A stretch of DNA of 64,000 nt, from the IMG/VR virus record IMGVR_UViG_3300042890_005556. One strand, written 5' to 3'. Shown here one piece after another: positions 38,568 to 48,419 of the stretch. Each line of letters begins with the position of its first letter. Position 1 is the first letter of the stretch. This DNA comes from a virus. The position numbers and the translations under genes were made by a program. The notes beneath the pieces are model-generated. The model was given only the letters and a program-made list of their open reading frames with translations, was not told where the DNA came from and searched no databases.

Positions 38568-39377
38568 ATGGGCAAACTGGTACAGCCAAAAGTCTACCAC
38601 GTTGGGTACACAGAAGTAGACACAGATACCATACTAGAATATCTTAAAGATAGCGGGAATCTAGACTTCTATGAAAGCATCAAAGAAGCCAAAGCGATTG
38701 GAATAAGTAACGCAGAAGTACTTTGCAGCCTCTACGCTAAACTCTGTTATAAGAGCCTTACATTAGGGCAAAACCAAAACATAACAAGAGTGAGAGACAT
38801 CAAAGACAACCTCATAGGTTGTTTTCATACAGGTCACGGAAGCATATTCGAGCATATTAACTTTAATTTTATAATCACAGATTGTAGCAGAATATTCACA
38901 CACGAATTGATAAGACATAGGCCAGGTATGGCTTATTCACAAAATAGCGGGCGATATATTAGAATAGACGAAATTGATATAGTATTTGATCCAATCTTAG
39001 AGCCAGTAAAAGACGACGTAGAAGAAATAATCGAATATCTAGAACACAAGTACAGAATAATGGAGCAAAAGCTAGACTTGAATAATATCAAGGACTTTGC
39101 TACTAAAAAAGAAATGACATCCGCATTACGAAGACTTGCACCAAATGGTCAATCTAACGAAATAGGGGTTACAGCAAACCTCAGATCCCTCCGCCATATT
39201 ATCATGCTTAGGACCAGCAGGCATGCTGAATGGGAGATAAGAGTAATATTCGAACAGATCTATAACATAATGAAGAGCAAATACCCGTTGATGTTTGCTG
39301 ACGCGAAAGAAGAGATCGTTAAGGGAATCATAGAAGTCACCGGAATGAGGATGCAGCCTTATGAAAATAGTATTTGA
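38568..39377 (+). CDS. thyX: FAD-dependent thymidylate synthase
   Basis: GH.SIFEH, R.FTHELIRHR, SQ.SGRY and NLR..RH...LR...HAEWEIR. Confidence 0.95.
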   Translation: MGKLVQPKVYHVGYTEVDTDTILEYLKDSGNLDFYESIKEAKAIGISNAEVLCSLYAKLCYKSLTLGQNQNITRVRDIKDNLIGCFHTGHGSIFEHINFNFIITDCSRIFTHELIRHRPGMAYSQNSGRYIRIDEIDIVFDPILEPVKDDVEEIIEYLEHKYRIMEQKLDLNNIKDFATKKEMTSALRRLAPNGQSNEIGVTANLRSLRHIIMLRTSRHAEWEIRVIFEQIYNIMKSKYPLMFADAKEEIVKGIIEVTGMRMQPYENSI

Positions 39378-39909
39378 ACGCCTACCAAGAAACAACAACC
39401 CAATACCGAGCTACGCGACGCAAGGGAGCGCAGCTTTTGATCTAAGCACATGCCTTAGAAGATCCTGCAGACAATTTCTGGCAGGAAGGGGTACTATCAA
39501 TTTCAGATGTACTACAGACGGCGGAAGGCGTGATAGCGATGAAGAAGGCAACTTAAGAGAGATAGGAAATTGTGATATCCCGGTGTTAAGGATTAACCCA
39601 GGTGAAATAATTCTAATACCGACTGGATTCAAGACCTCTTTCGTAAACGCCGTATTGAAGATATTTGTGAGATCTTCAATCAGCTTGGATGGTCTTCAGC
39701 TAGCCAATAATGTCGGTATCATAGATTCAGACTATAGGGGTGAATTGTTCTTAGCATTTAAGAATACCAGTGATAAAGTGAAAAACATATCTGATAACTA
39801 CAGGATGGCACAAGGTATTCTTGAACCGCTTGAACAGTGCATCATAGAAGAAGGTACCGTCGACATTACTGTCAGAGGTGCTGGTGGGTTTGGTTCCACT
39901 AACGAATAA
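39361..39909 (+). CDS. dut: Trimeric dUTPase with an insertion
   Basis: AAFDL, RSS, GIIDSDYRGE, RMAQ and RGAGGFGST motifs. Confidence 0.92.
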   Translation: MKIVFERLPRNNNPIPSYATQGSAAFDLSTCLRRSCRQFLAGRGTINFRCTTDGGRRDSDEEGNLREIGNCDIPVLRINPGEIILIPTGFKTSFVNAVLKIFVRSSISLDGLQLANNVGIIDSDYRGELFLAFKNTSDKVKNISDNYRMAQGILEPLEQCIIEEGTVDITVRGAGGFGSTNE

Positions 39910-39917
39910 AAATTCCG

Positions 39918-39948
39918 AGCGCAAACAGCCAGAAAGCTTGTTTGCGCT
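39918..39948 (+). terminator. Hairpin after dut
   Basis: AGCGCAAACA...TGTTTGCGCT 10-bp stem; no clear U-tract. Confidence 0.45.
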
Positions 39949-40040
39949 AATTACGATTCAATGAACGCCCATCTTGATTAAGACTAAATATACAATGTCT
40001 AGGATAACTCACTACGTTATTTTAAGATTGATAAACCATT

Positions 40041-40379
40041 ATGGACAGTAAAATAATCGAACTCAAAAAATGTCTAAACCACGCTATAGGACATATTGAA
40101 CATAATTTTTACAACTTCGCTATAGATGGCCTGAAAGACGCTTTGCTAAAAATCGACGCTCTACAAGAAAAAAGAGAGCGTAACGTTATTTCAGAAGAAT
40201 ACTATACGGCAATAATGGCAATTATAACAGAAAAATATGGATCAGACGGTCTCGAAGCTTTTTGCCTTGGTACATTCCTGATATCTAAGGGACGGGGAGG
40301 TAAGCATGACTTATCAAGCGAAATAAAAAAGCTGCTCTGTTCGCAACCAGAAGATGAAAACACAAACACAGGACACTAA
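40041..40379 (+). CDS. Hypothetical protein
   Basis: 112-aa ORF preceded by TAAATATAC motif. Confidence 0.65.
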   Translation: MDSKIIELKKCLNHAIGHIEHNFYNFAIDGLKDALLKIDALQEKRERNVISEEYYTAIMAIITEKYGSDGLEAFCLGTFLISKGRGGKHDLSSEIKKLLCSQPEDENTNTGH

Positions 40380-41082
40380 CGTGGCAAGAAAAAGAAGCGT
40401 AAAGCCAACAGCCAGAGTAGCAAGATCAACCCGGACACAGCAACAGCCAAAACCAATATTTAAAACAGTTAAACCAAAAACAGTAGGTCAAGCAGCATAT
40501 TTTAAAGCATTAAAAGAGAGCGTAGTAACGTTCGGTGTAGGCCCAGCAGGCTCAGGAAAAACATATCTAGCAGTTGCACAAGCAGCTGAATCGCTATTCA
40601 AAGGCGAAACCAAGAAGATAATACTGGTAAGACCAGCCGTAGAAGCTGGCGAGCATTTAGGATTCCTGCCAGGCGACATGGCAGAAAAAATCAACCCATA
40701 TCTTAGACCACTGTTAGACGCTTTAAACGATATTATAGATCCCAAAGTGATCCAAGAGATGATGGCGTCAGATATAATAGAAATTGCACCGCTCGCTTTC
40801 ATGCGTGGTAGAACATTAAACGATGCGACTATCATACTTGATGAGGCACAAAACGCAACCAAAGAACAGATCAAAATGTTCCTAACTAGAATTGGCCAAA
40901 ATTCTAGGGTTATCGTGACGGGAGACCCGACCCAAAATGATCTCCCATTCGATAAGCAGAGCGGATTAATAGACGCTATGCAAAGGACATCGCACATCAA
41001 AGGCATAAGCATAATTAAACTCGAAAAGACAGATATTGTCCGGCATCCAATAGTCCAAGAAATCGTCGAAGCCTACTACTGA
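40354..41082 (+). CDS. phoH: PhoH-family ATPase
   Basis: GPAGSGKT, RPAVEAGE.LGFLPG, PLAFMRGRT, ILDEAQN, GD..Q.D and DIVRHP. Confidence 0.95.
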   Translation: MKTQTQDTNVARKRSVKPTARVARSTRTQQQPKPIFKTVKPKTVGQAAYFKALKESVVTFGVGPAGSGKTYLAVAQAAESLFKGETKKIILVRPAVEAGEHLGFLPGDMAEKINPYLRPLLDALNDIIDPKVIQEMMASDIIEIAPLAFMRGRTLNDATIILDEAQNATKEQIKMFLTRIGQNSRVIVTGDPTQNDLPFDKQSGLIDAMQRTSHIKGISIIKLEKTDIVRHPIVQEIVEAYY

Positions 41083-41858
41083 TGCTAACGATATGCTCAT
41101 TCGAAGCAAACAGTTACCAATTATGGCAAGTAGAGCTACTCTATAAAACATTCATGCTTAACCAAAGCGGAAATTTTATGGGAGTAGCTCATAACGACGG
41201 AAACGACATACAAGCACACTGCTTCCCAATATACTGGACAAAAAACAACTACAAGTATTTCAACCAGGATAATTATTCACCATATAATAAAATAGCAGGC
41301 ATCAAAGAATTTCTTCTGGATGTTCCAGGCCCACCAAATGAAACAATAATGTTAATAGACCCAGACTGCATAATACTGAAAGACATAAACATATTACTAA
41401 GACCAAGAACGTTATTAACAAATTATTATTCATACATGCATATTAATGACACCATAAAAAACCATATAGATGGCATATCAGACGTAGAAGATTTTCCAGC
41501 TGTTGGAATACCATATATCATGAGAAGAATAGATTTACTAACAATAATCGACAGATGGTTTGAATTATGTGTGAAAATACGAGAAAGGTCAAAGGACTGG
41601 ATAGTAGAAATGTGGGCGTTCAGCATAGCAATACAGGAATCAGAAATGAAAGTGATAACGGAAGACTATGTAGGTTTTTCAAATTCAGATAGCAATCCGC
41701 CGCATATAATTCACTATTGCAATGAGATACAGAACTTAGATGACAAAGACATATGGTCAAAAAGATATTTCGTAAGAGGTGGGTATCCAGATCCAAAAGA
41801 AGCTAAAACCCACTGTGGGAGAATAATGCTAGAGACCTTACACCTATTAATGAAATGA
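41082..41858 (+). CDS. HPAT/SERGT-like (GT95/GT96-like) peptide O-glycosyltransferase
   Basis: Y..WQ..LLY.TF, D.Y.PYNK, IDPDC, G.PY, W..EMW.FSIA and IIHYC, as in plant Hyp-arabinosyl/Ser-galactosyltransferases. Confidence 0.7.
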   Translation: MLTICSFEANSYQLWQVELLYKTFMLNQSGNFMGVAHNDGNDIQAHCFPIYWTKNNYKYFNQDNYSPYNKIAGIKEFLLDVPGPPNETIMLIDPDCIILKDINILLRPRTLLTNYYSYMHINDTIKNHIDGISDVEDFPAVGIPYIMRRIDLLTIIDRWFELCVKIRERSKDWIVEMWAFSIAIQESEMKVITEDYVGFSNSDSNPPHIIHYCNEIQNLDDKDIWSKRYFVRGGYPDPKEAKTHCGRIMLETLHLLMK

Positions 41859-42272
41859 TCAAGGCTTGTGCCAATTACCATTCTCATCCATATAACCAGA
41901 CTTGCTCCAATATAGATGACCGAACAGGAGCCCAAAGCCAAAAGGAAACCAAGTGTGGCTCATACTAAATTGCCATAAAAAATAGCCGATAAAACTATGA
42001 GAGAAAACCATCGCAGAGACAGTCTGAATAATGATTAATAATACTAATACCTCAAATACTATCTTCACAAATGGTGTGAGCCTATTCTTATCAAGGTAGA
42101 AATGGCCCATAACAGTCCCAAGCAGTGCTGGCAATAGCGGGACTCTCGCAGATTGCTCCCAGATGTACAAGCTTACAGTCTGTCCATTCACGAGATAGAC
42201 GTATAAGTCATATATTCCCAATAAGGATATGAAAGCGATCACCACGAACGGTGTAAAATTTTGATATTTCAT
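41859..42272 (-). CDS. Small integral membrane protein with internal duplication
   Basis: Four hydrophobic segments; W..S....P...G...GH.Y occurs twice. Confidence 0.7.
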   Translation of the reverse strand: MKYQNFTPFVVIAFISLLGIYDLYVYLVNGQTVSLYIWEQSARVPLLPALLGTVMGHFYLDKNRLTPFVKIVFEVLVLLIIIQTVSAMVFSHSFIGYFLWQFSMSHTWFPFGFGLLFGHLYWSKSGYMDENGNWHKP

Positions 42273-42304
42273 ATAATATCATCCTGTTCGGTTGCATTAG
42301 GGAA

Positions 42305-43570
42305 TTAGAAGGCATACCCGTTATCAGTTATGATCTGGACCGCTACGGGGCTTATCAGCTTGTGCTTGCCGTACGGCGACCCATTTCTTGACCTTACATA
42401 CTCTTTGGTATTAAGGCCAAGTGTCTCCATAATGCCTATAAATTCTTTATTCTTTAACCTTAACATCATAGCCGCCTCAGTTAAGGTATACCAAACATTG
42501 TAGCCACGCGATGGTGCCTCACGTTCTACTGTATGCTTGGGTGTTTCATATGATTTAAATCCTTCGACAAGTAATTTAGCTGCATTTTCTTCGAAATACT
42601 TTACTGTTCCAATTTGGATATATTGGACGTTCTGGTATTGAGATATCAAACCACGCAGTGTGGTAGTCTTGATATCCAGTCTTCCAGCCAGAGTGGCTAC
42701 CGTATAGTAACCATCTGGAGGGCCTGATTCTTTAGATTCTAAAAAAGTCTCTATAAAATCTTCACTGATGTATGAGGAGATCCGGCTGCTTGATAATTTC
42801 ACACAAATTGATTCATCGTCTTTAATCTCTCTAGCTGCAATAATCTGATGTACGCGTTGTCTGGAAACGCATAACCGCAACGCCGATTCTGCAGCACTGA
42901 TGAAACCCACACTACGCATATAATCATCCAGAATCTGCTTGTGTCGTATCGACTTTGGCACATGCGGCACGCCATCAATGTGCTTAACATCTGTGCGAAG
43001 TCCAATAAATTGCATAAAATCTGGGGTAATAAACTTATCATCTAAAAAATCAGATATTGGCTGTAATTTTAAAACCTTCTTATAGCTCTTTTTATCGCGA
43101 GCTACTTCATGGTATTTTTCTAGTATCTCATTTGCTAGCTCTGGAGAAAACATGACTCTATAAAATCGTCGTTTTTTGCTACCTATTTTTAGAGCACGGT
43201 CATAGAAACCGTATTTGTAGATGAATGCGTATAATGTAGGGCTAACGATGTCTAGCTTTTTACAGAGCTGTGAAGCACTCAAGAAGTCATTAGGGATGAC
43301 GTAATTAGACGATTTAAGTCGATCCATGCCTTCCTGGCTTATAAAGATCTTGCGTCTTTTGCTGTTTGGAGCGTACTGTTGCCTGGTGTATAGAGCGTCT
43401 GGCAGCTTTATTACATTATTGAGAACTGTGCTTATGGTACAGGATAGTATCTTAGCAGCTTGTTTTAACGTATAATAATCAGTTGGGGCTTCATACTCTG
43501 CGTTTTCATTTTTCATTTTGATTGTCGAGAATATCTGACTGTATTTGTTTAGGATCATTCTGCTCTTCAT
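42305..43570 (-). CDS. Multi-HTH (MerR/Xis-like) DNA-binding protein
   Basis: About five Y(T/S)...A...L......L wHTH units (YYTLKQAAKIL, LSASQLCKKL, ISAAESALRL, YYTVATLAGRL, YTLTEAAMML). Confidence 0.7.
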   Translation of the reverse strand: MKSRMILNKYSQIFSTIKMKNENAEYEAPTDYYTLKQAAKILSCTISTVLNNVIKLPDALYTRQQYAPNSKRRKIFISQEGMDRLKSSNYVIPNDFLSASQLCKKLDIVSPTLYAFIYKYGFYDRALKIGSKKRRFYRVMFSPELANEILEKYHEVARDKKSYKKVLKLQPISDFLDDKFITPDFMQFIGLRTDVKHIDGVPHVPKSIRHKQILDDYMRSVGFISAAESALRLCVSRQRVHQIIAAREIKDDESICVKLSSSRISSYISEDFIETFLESKESGPPDGYYTVATLAGRLDIKTTTLRGLISQYQNVQYIQIGTVKYFEENAAKLLVEGFKSYETPKHTVEREAPSRGYNVWYTLTEAAMMLRLKNKEFIGIMETLGLNTKEYVRSRNGSPYGKHKLISPVAVQIITDNGYAF

Positions 43571-43760
43571 AAGTACCCTCTGTTATATTCGCGGCTATAG
43601 TATCTGGATCGCCTGAGGTATTGTGGCATATTTCGCCATTGTTCTCAATATACGGACAATGCCTGCACCCGCAGGCACAGCAATATCCTCTGCTGATCAA
43701 ATACTCACTAGTGAATACTCGGTACCCATTTTCATAATAAAAATCAGTCATTATAAGCAC
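43506..43760 (-). CDS. DUF5522-like Cys-rich protein
   Basis: DFYYENG..VFT..Y...RGYCC.CGCRHCPY. Confidence 0.75.
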   Translation of the reverse strand: MLIMTDFYYENGYRVFTSEYLISRGYCCACGCRHCPYIENNGEICHNTSGDPDTIAANITEGTYEEQNDPKQIQSDILDNQNEK

Positions 43761-44259
43761 CGCTCATTACATTGTCCAAATGCAACGCATAGACCAAGTC
43801 AACAAGACCTGGAGGCAGATCAGACACGTCAAAAGACGATAGACTTTTATATCCTTTTGTTGGGGGTATAACTGTATAAGCGTTTCGAATGTTTATGAAT
43901 ATACCGAGCTGATCATTTAGACACTTCAGCCTTAACTGATCATAAGGCAGGTCATCAAATCTATTCGGATAGTTGAAGAGCAGATGCTCTGAATTCTTCC
44001 CTTTGTAATAGACTGTGTTAAGATCATAAATTTTAATAATATTTCTTAATTGATTCATGCCAGCTTTTGTCACAGCCCGCATCTCAATTAAGCTCTTGCC
44101 TATAGGCAAGGCTAGTTTGCTATCATCAAATATTTCGCCATTATTACTATAGTAATAATGTTTCTTATCATTTATAATAAGCGGCGAGTAGCCAGCAGCT
44201 TTGGTAGTCTCAGCAGCCTCTTTGAGGCTTTTGGAGGTAATCGCATCAATTAAACTCAT
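43744..44259 (-). CDS. Hypothetical protein
   Basis: GGAGGGAG RBS before ATG at 44259. Confidence 0.6.
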   Translation of the reverse strand: MSLIDAITSKSLKEAAETTKAAGYSPLIINDKKHYYYSNNGEIFDDSKLALPIGKSLIEMRAVTKAGMNQLRNIIKIYDLNTVYYKGKNSEHLLFNYPNRFDDLPYDQLRLKCLNDQLGIFINIRNAYTVIPPTKGYKSLSSFDVSDLPPGLVDLVYALHLDNVMSGAYND

Positions 44260-44339
44260 TTTGTTCAAACTCCCTCCACATAAAAATTTTACCAACATTG
44301 AAAGCTTATAATAGTATATTATTAGCAAGTAGATACAAT

Positions 44340-44561
44340 ATGAGCCAAAATGATCTCCCGAAAATAAGGATGAATAGCCTATGCAATATCAAGAAGCATC
44401 TAACCGAATACCATAAACTACTTTTAGACATCGAAAAAGATAAAGCAATCCAGAAAAAGCTCAAAACAAATGATGGATTTGAACTTCTAGAGATCACACA
44501 TCTTATAGAACTCATAACACAAATAGAGGAGAAAAATAATGCGAATAATGTGGTTTTCTAA
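44340..44561 (+). CDS. Small hypothetical protein
   Basis: Short ORF preceding the GT4 gene. Confidence 0.5.
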   Translation: MSQNDLPKIRMNSLCNIKKHLTEYHKLLLDIEKDKAIQKKLKTNDGFELLEITHLIELITQIEEKNNANNVVF

Positions 44562-45651
44562 CGCACCCTGGCTTAATACCGGCTATGGCAGACAAACGAG
44601 GTTTATGATCCAACGCCTGAAACAAGCGGGCCATGAAATCGCGTGTCTAGCATACTCTGGCCTAGAGAATGGATCATTATATCATGAAGGGATACTTTGC
44701 CTACCTAGAAAACATTATTTGTATGGCCAAGATTCTATAGCTGAGCATTGTGTCAACTGGGGAGCAGAGGTCTTAATATCCCTAACAGACGTCTGGGCTA
44801 TGAACCCAGAGACATTTAAAGATCACGTCAAATGGATACCATGGTATCCAGTAGACCACGACCCAATGCCAAACCCGGTAAAAGAGAAATTATCCATCGC
44901 CACAAAAAGAATAGCGATGTCTGAATACGGGAGAGCTAAAACTCAAGAAGCCGGTTTAGATTGTGATTTTATACCACACGGAATAGACACCACCATTTAT
45001 AGACCAAAAGACAAGACAGAAGCAAGGAAAACTCTAGGATTACCAAACGATTCGTTTATTGTTGGGACTGTGGCGATGAATAAGGGAAATCCGAGTCGTA
45101 AAAACATAGTCGAGCTCCTGACGGCTTTTAGGGATTTTAACAGATTATATAAAGACTCGATATATGTTCTGCATACTAATCTAACCGGCCCAGCAGATGA
45201 CTCTATTAATATACCAGATCTAGTAAATTTCTTAGGACTAGAGATGGGTAAAAATGTGTATGCTTGCAATCAATATTATAATTCAATCGGAATACCAGAC
45301 GGCTATATGGCAGATTTTTATAACGCAATGGATGTGCATTTGCTAGTGTCAATGGGTGAAGGTTTTGGTATTCCGATAATAGAGGCGCAAGCTTGTGAGT
45401 GCCCTGTGATCGTTGGGGATTGGACAGCCATGAGCGAACTTTGCCACGCCGGAAGAAAAATCAGCAAAGACGACGCACAAGAATGGTACACCCCGCTAGG
45501 GTCTTACCAATATAAGCCAAATACCGGCGCAATTACTAAGGCAATGTGCCTAGAATACGAATCGCCAACGAAAACCGATGGTGTACACGACGTGATAGAT
45601 AGTCTATTCAATATAGACAAGGTAGCGGCTTCTTTTATAAATGCATTGTGA
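44539..45651 (+). CDS. GT4 glycosyltransferase
   Basis: MRIMW.S..P...TGYG, IPHGID...Y, RKN and EGFGIPIIEAQAC..PVI. Confidence 0.92.
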   Translation: MRIMWFSNAPWLNTGYGRQTRFMIQRLKQAGHEIACLAYSGLENGSLYHEGILCLPRKHYLYGQDSIAEHCVNWGAEVLISLTDVWAMNPETFKDHVKWIPWYPVDHDPMPNPVKEKLSIATKRIAMSEYGRAKTQEAGLDCDFIPHGIDTTIYRPKDKTEARKTLGLPNDSFIVGTVAMNKGNPSRKNIVELLTAFRDFNRLYKDSIYVLHTNLTGPADDSINIPDLVNFLGLEMGKNVYACNQYYNSIGIPDGYMADFYNAMDVHLLVSMGEGFGIPIIEAQACECPVIVGDWTAMSELCHAGRKISKDDAQEWYTPLGSYQYKPNTGAITKAMCLEYESPTKTDGVHDVIDSLFNIDKVAASFINAL

Positions 45652-45677
45652 TAAATATAGGTAAAGGGGAGGCTAAG

Positions 45678-46139
45678 ATGGCATACTTAACGTTCAAGCC
45701 TGCTGGTACAGACGGCACACAGATTGCCGCATATTTCACTGTAAGATTCACTATCGCCCCTCAAGGTGATAAATTTAGAATGACCGCTGGTTATAGACTC
45801 CAGAACCAGCTGTACACTGTAGTGACAGATTCTGACACTATTGAAGCTGCAAAAGCATCAGCTGAAAAAGTAGTCATGGCTTCTTTTAGTTTAAAGCCTA
45901 AACCAGATGTTCCAGACAACAGTAATAGTGTAAGACAGGCAGCTATCTTGAGATGGACTGAAGCACAAAGGATATACGTCAGTTTAACGACTAGCCTTGT
46001 GCGAGTGCCTAAGCCAGAGCTTGATGATTTCATCAAGGACCCAAATTACGTCTGGCCTTACATGAATACAGCACCTGATGGCGGGAACGCCCGGCCAGGT
46101 GGTGGTGGCGGCACAATTATTCCTCCGAGACCGATATGA
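45678..46139 (+). CDS. Hypothetical protein with Gly/Pro tail
   Basis: GGAGG RBS; TAAATATA upstream. Confidence 0.7.
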   Translation: MAYLTFKPAGTDGTQIAAYFTVRFTIAPQGDKFRMTAGYRLQNQLYTVVTDSDTIEAAKASAEKVVMASFSLKPKPDVPDNSNSVRQAAILRWTEAQRIYVSLTTSLVRVPKPELDDFIKDPNYVWPYMNTAPDGGNARPGGGGGTIIPPRPI

Positions 46140-46633
46140 TTAAATTCTATGGTGATGTAATCCCAAAAGATATGTTGTATCATATCAACTCTGAGATGAT
46201 CAGAGCAGAAAGATACAACATTTTAAATTATGAAGCAGACACGGATAGCAGATATGGCGCATCTCTAGGCGTTGGCAATCTGCCAGAATCAGATCGAGCA
46301 TTCGAAATACTGACACCGCTAATAGAGAGAGACTACGGCCCAGTAACAAGAGAAAACTCGTATTCTCGAATATACTATAATGGAGGAAAGCTCCACAGAC
46401 ATATAGATCGTGAAAGTCTACATATAACATTATCATTATGCACATATTCAGACATTGATTTTGAATGGCCCCTGATGGTGGAGGAGGGTGAACAGCTACA
46501 TGCCGTGGTGACACCGCCTGGATCCGCCGCTGCGATACTAGGTACAGAATATTATCACTATCGTCCTAATTTAATCTGCAAAAATGGCCAGAAAGTAATA
46601 CAAGTTTTTTACCACTGGAAATTTAATGAATAA
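46136..46633 (+). CDS. 2OG-Fe(II) oxygenase-like protein
   Basis: YSRIY..G..L..HIDR (HxD), W.L, G...HYR (distal His), QVF.HW. Confidence 0.75.
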   Translation: MIKFYGDVIPKDMLYHINSEMIRAERYNILNYEADTDSRYGASLGVGNLPESDRAFEILTPLIERDYGPVTRENSYSRIYYNGGKLHRHIDRESLHITLSLCTYSDIDFEWPLMVEEGEQLHAVVTPPGSAAAILGTEYYHYRPNLICKNGQKVIQVFYHWKFNE

Positions 46634-46901
46634 AGAGCCTGATGCAATAATACTTTTAGACGCTGGTAGAACGCTAGCAGCTGCATTAGAGTGCAAATGC
46701 GAAGAATGCCTAGATCTAATGTTAACGGTTGATATAGAATTCATAAAAGTCAGCACTAGATACGCACAGCTAGCCAAAAGAAATCCTGGTTTAATGTTTA
46801 AAATCTTGGTAGAAGAATGGGACAAAGACAGGATATTAGAGGAATTACCAATGCTCTATATGAAAAAAGAACCATCAACAGGCAAAGAATTCTCGAAATG
46901 A
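46626..46901 (+). CDS. Small hypothetical protein (CxCxxC)
   Basis: Overlaps the upstream stop. Confidence 0.55.
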   Translation: MNKEPDAIILLDAGRTLAAALECKCEECLDLMLTVDIEFIKVSTRYAQLAKRNPGLMFKILVEEWDKDRILEELPMLYMKKEPSTGKEFSK

Positions 46902-47572
46902 ATTAAATCGACAGTTTTACCCGGTAACCATTTTTTAAACACATACGCCTTAGAAGGTTCCCCAAGAAAAGCTGCCCACCATGCAAACGTGCTGTTCGAA
47001 CATATAATTCTATCGAAACTAGAAATAAAGAAAAAATCGCTCTTAACATCTTCCGAGACTATAATAGCATCAAAGTCTCGGAAATAGTCCAAATAGTCTT
47101 GTTCTAGCGGAGACATGACAATATACAGCTTGTCGAATGACTCCTGTCGTAATATATCAATATACCAGCTAGGGTGAATTCTATGGCCAAGCCCATAATC
47201 ATCGCACCGCACATGCATCACTATATCTTTAGTATTCTTCTCTAGCTTAGGTAATTCGAAGAATGATTTTATTCTATCTCTGTGCTGATTATACCGCTTT
47301 GATTGCTGGAAATATCCTGCAAAAAACACAGCACCATCGAGCTTTAAATTAAATAGGCTGTCTACATTTCTATCATCAATACATCTCATCGGATCTTGCA
47401 CGCATGTGCCAGATTGGGGTTCTGTCGCTTTAATTATATCGTCATGGTTCCATGCAGTCATTAGCTGAAGACCATGGTCTTCAGCATACATTCTACCTAG
47501 GGCATACTGAAACAGGTTGTTGCCAAATCTCCCGAGGAATCCAATATGCACGCCCATTTTTTGTCCCATCAA
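46856..47572 (-). CDS. GT11 alpha-1,2-fucosyltransferase
   Basis: GRFGN.LFQYA, GYFQ, MHVR.DDY and NSTFAWWAAFL. Confidence 0.9.
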   Translation of the reverse strand: MMGQKMGVHIGFLGRFGNNLFQYALGRMYAEDHGLQLMTAWNHDDIIKATEPQSGTCVQDPMRCIDDRNVDSLFNLKLDGAVFFAGYFQQSKRYNQHRDRIKSFFELPKLEKNTKDIVMHVRCDDYGLGHRIHPSWYIDILRQESFDKLYIVMSPLEQDYLDYFRDFDAIIVSEDVKSDFFFISSFDRIICSNSTFAWWAAFLGEPSKAYVFKKWLPGKTVDLIHFENSLPVDGSFFI

Positions 47573-48117
47573 GTCAGCTTTATAGACACGTTTTCTGGTA
47601 TTATTCCAATATCCACCAAATCATCTTTAATTACCTGCATCGCTGATTCAGGTGTCTCTGATGTTATTAGACAATACCTCGTGAGCAGTGCTTTAAAAGC
47701 AGCTAGTATTAGCTCGTCTGATTCGACGGTTACATGTCTCTCAAGAGCTTTTTCAGTTAAGACTTTTGAGACAGATTCAACGATACCACTAGGGCTATCT
47801 TGCCAAAGCACATCTGTCCCTATCTCGTCCATCAATGATTTTAATCTTGAATGTGCCTCTTTGCGTTTTTCTGAATTACCCGTATTAAAATCTTTTGGGA
47901 GCTTTAACGTGGATGCTTCCAGAAGTTTCTCAAGCAATAAGCCTTCGAATTCTTTCACAGCTGCGACGATTGTGGCGTATTCGGGCTGTATCGTTTTGAT
48001 ACTGCTAGTCCATCCTGGTTTAACAGTGACGATATAAGTGCCTTCATCATAAGCAGAAAAAACCATCTCTTCAGCAATAGGTACGTATCTTCGACCGTGT
48101 TTTCTGTAGTAAGTCAT
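47569..48117 (-). CDS. Hypothetical protein
   Basis: AAGGAG RBS; YYRKHGRRYVPI start, a type seen in phage proteins. Confidence 0.7.
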   Translation of the reverse strand: MTYYRKHGRRYVPIAEEMVFSAYDEGTYIVTVKPGWTSSIKTIQPEYATIVAAVKEFEGLLLEKLLEASTLKLPKDFNTGNSEKRKEAHSRLKSLMDEIGTDVLWQDSPSGIVESVSKVLTEKALERHVTVESDELILAAFKALLTRYCLITSETPESAMQVIKDDLVDIGIIPENVSIKLT

Positions 48118-48152
48118 ATAGTCTCCTTGTCAAATAAAATACAGAGGCAATT

Positions 48153-48419
48153 ATGGAAATACACGAATTAAAATCAATCATCGAAAAAGTAAAACATGCT
48201 GAAAAAAGCGAAGAGCCGTTCGTCTTTTTAGAAGCATATAAAGAATTCGAAAAGACAATAACCATAGACAATGTAGAAAAATTAATTAAGACGATAGACA
48301 TATTGATAAACTCAACGAATAGATACGAAGAACTTTTAAGAGCATCAATACAAGCCTTGGAAATCAATACCGAGATACTAGAATGTGCTCTGGAAATGAT
48401 AAAAAAATCCAAAGCATAA
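48153..48419 (+). CDS. Hypothetical helical protein
   Basis: GAGG RBS. Confidence 0.6.
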   Translation: MEIHELKSIIEKVKHAEKSEEPFVFLEAYKEFEKTITIDNVEKLIKTIDILINSTNRYEELLRASIQALEINTEILECALEMIKKSKA

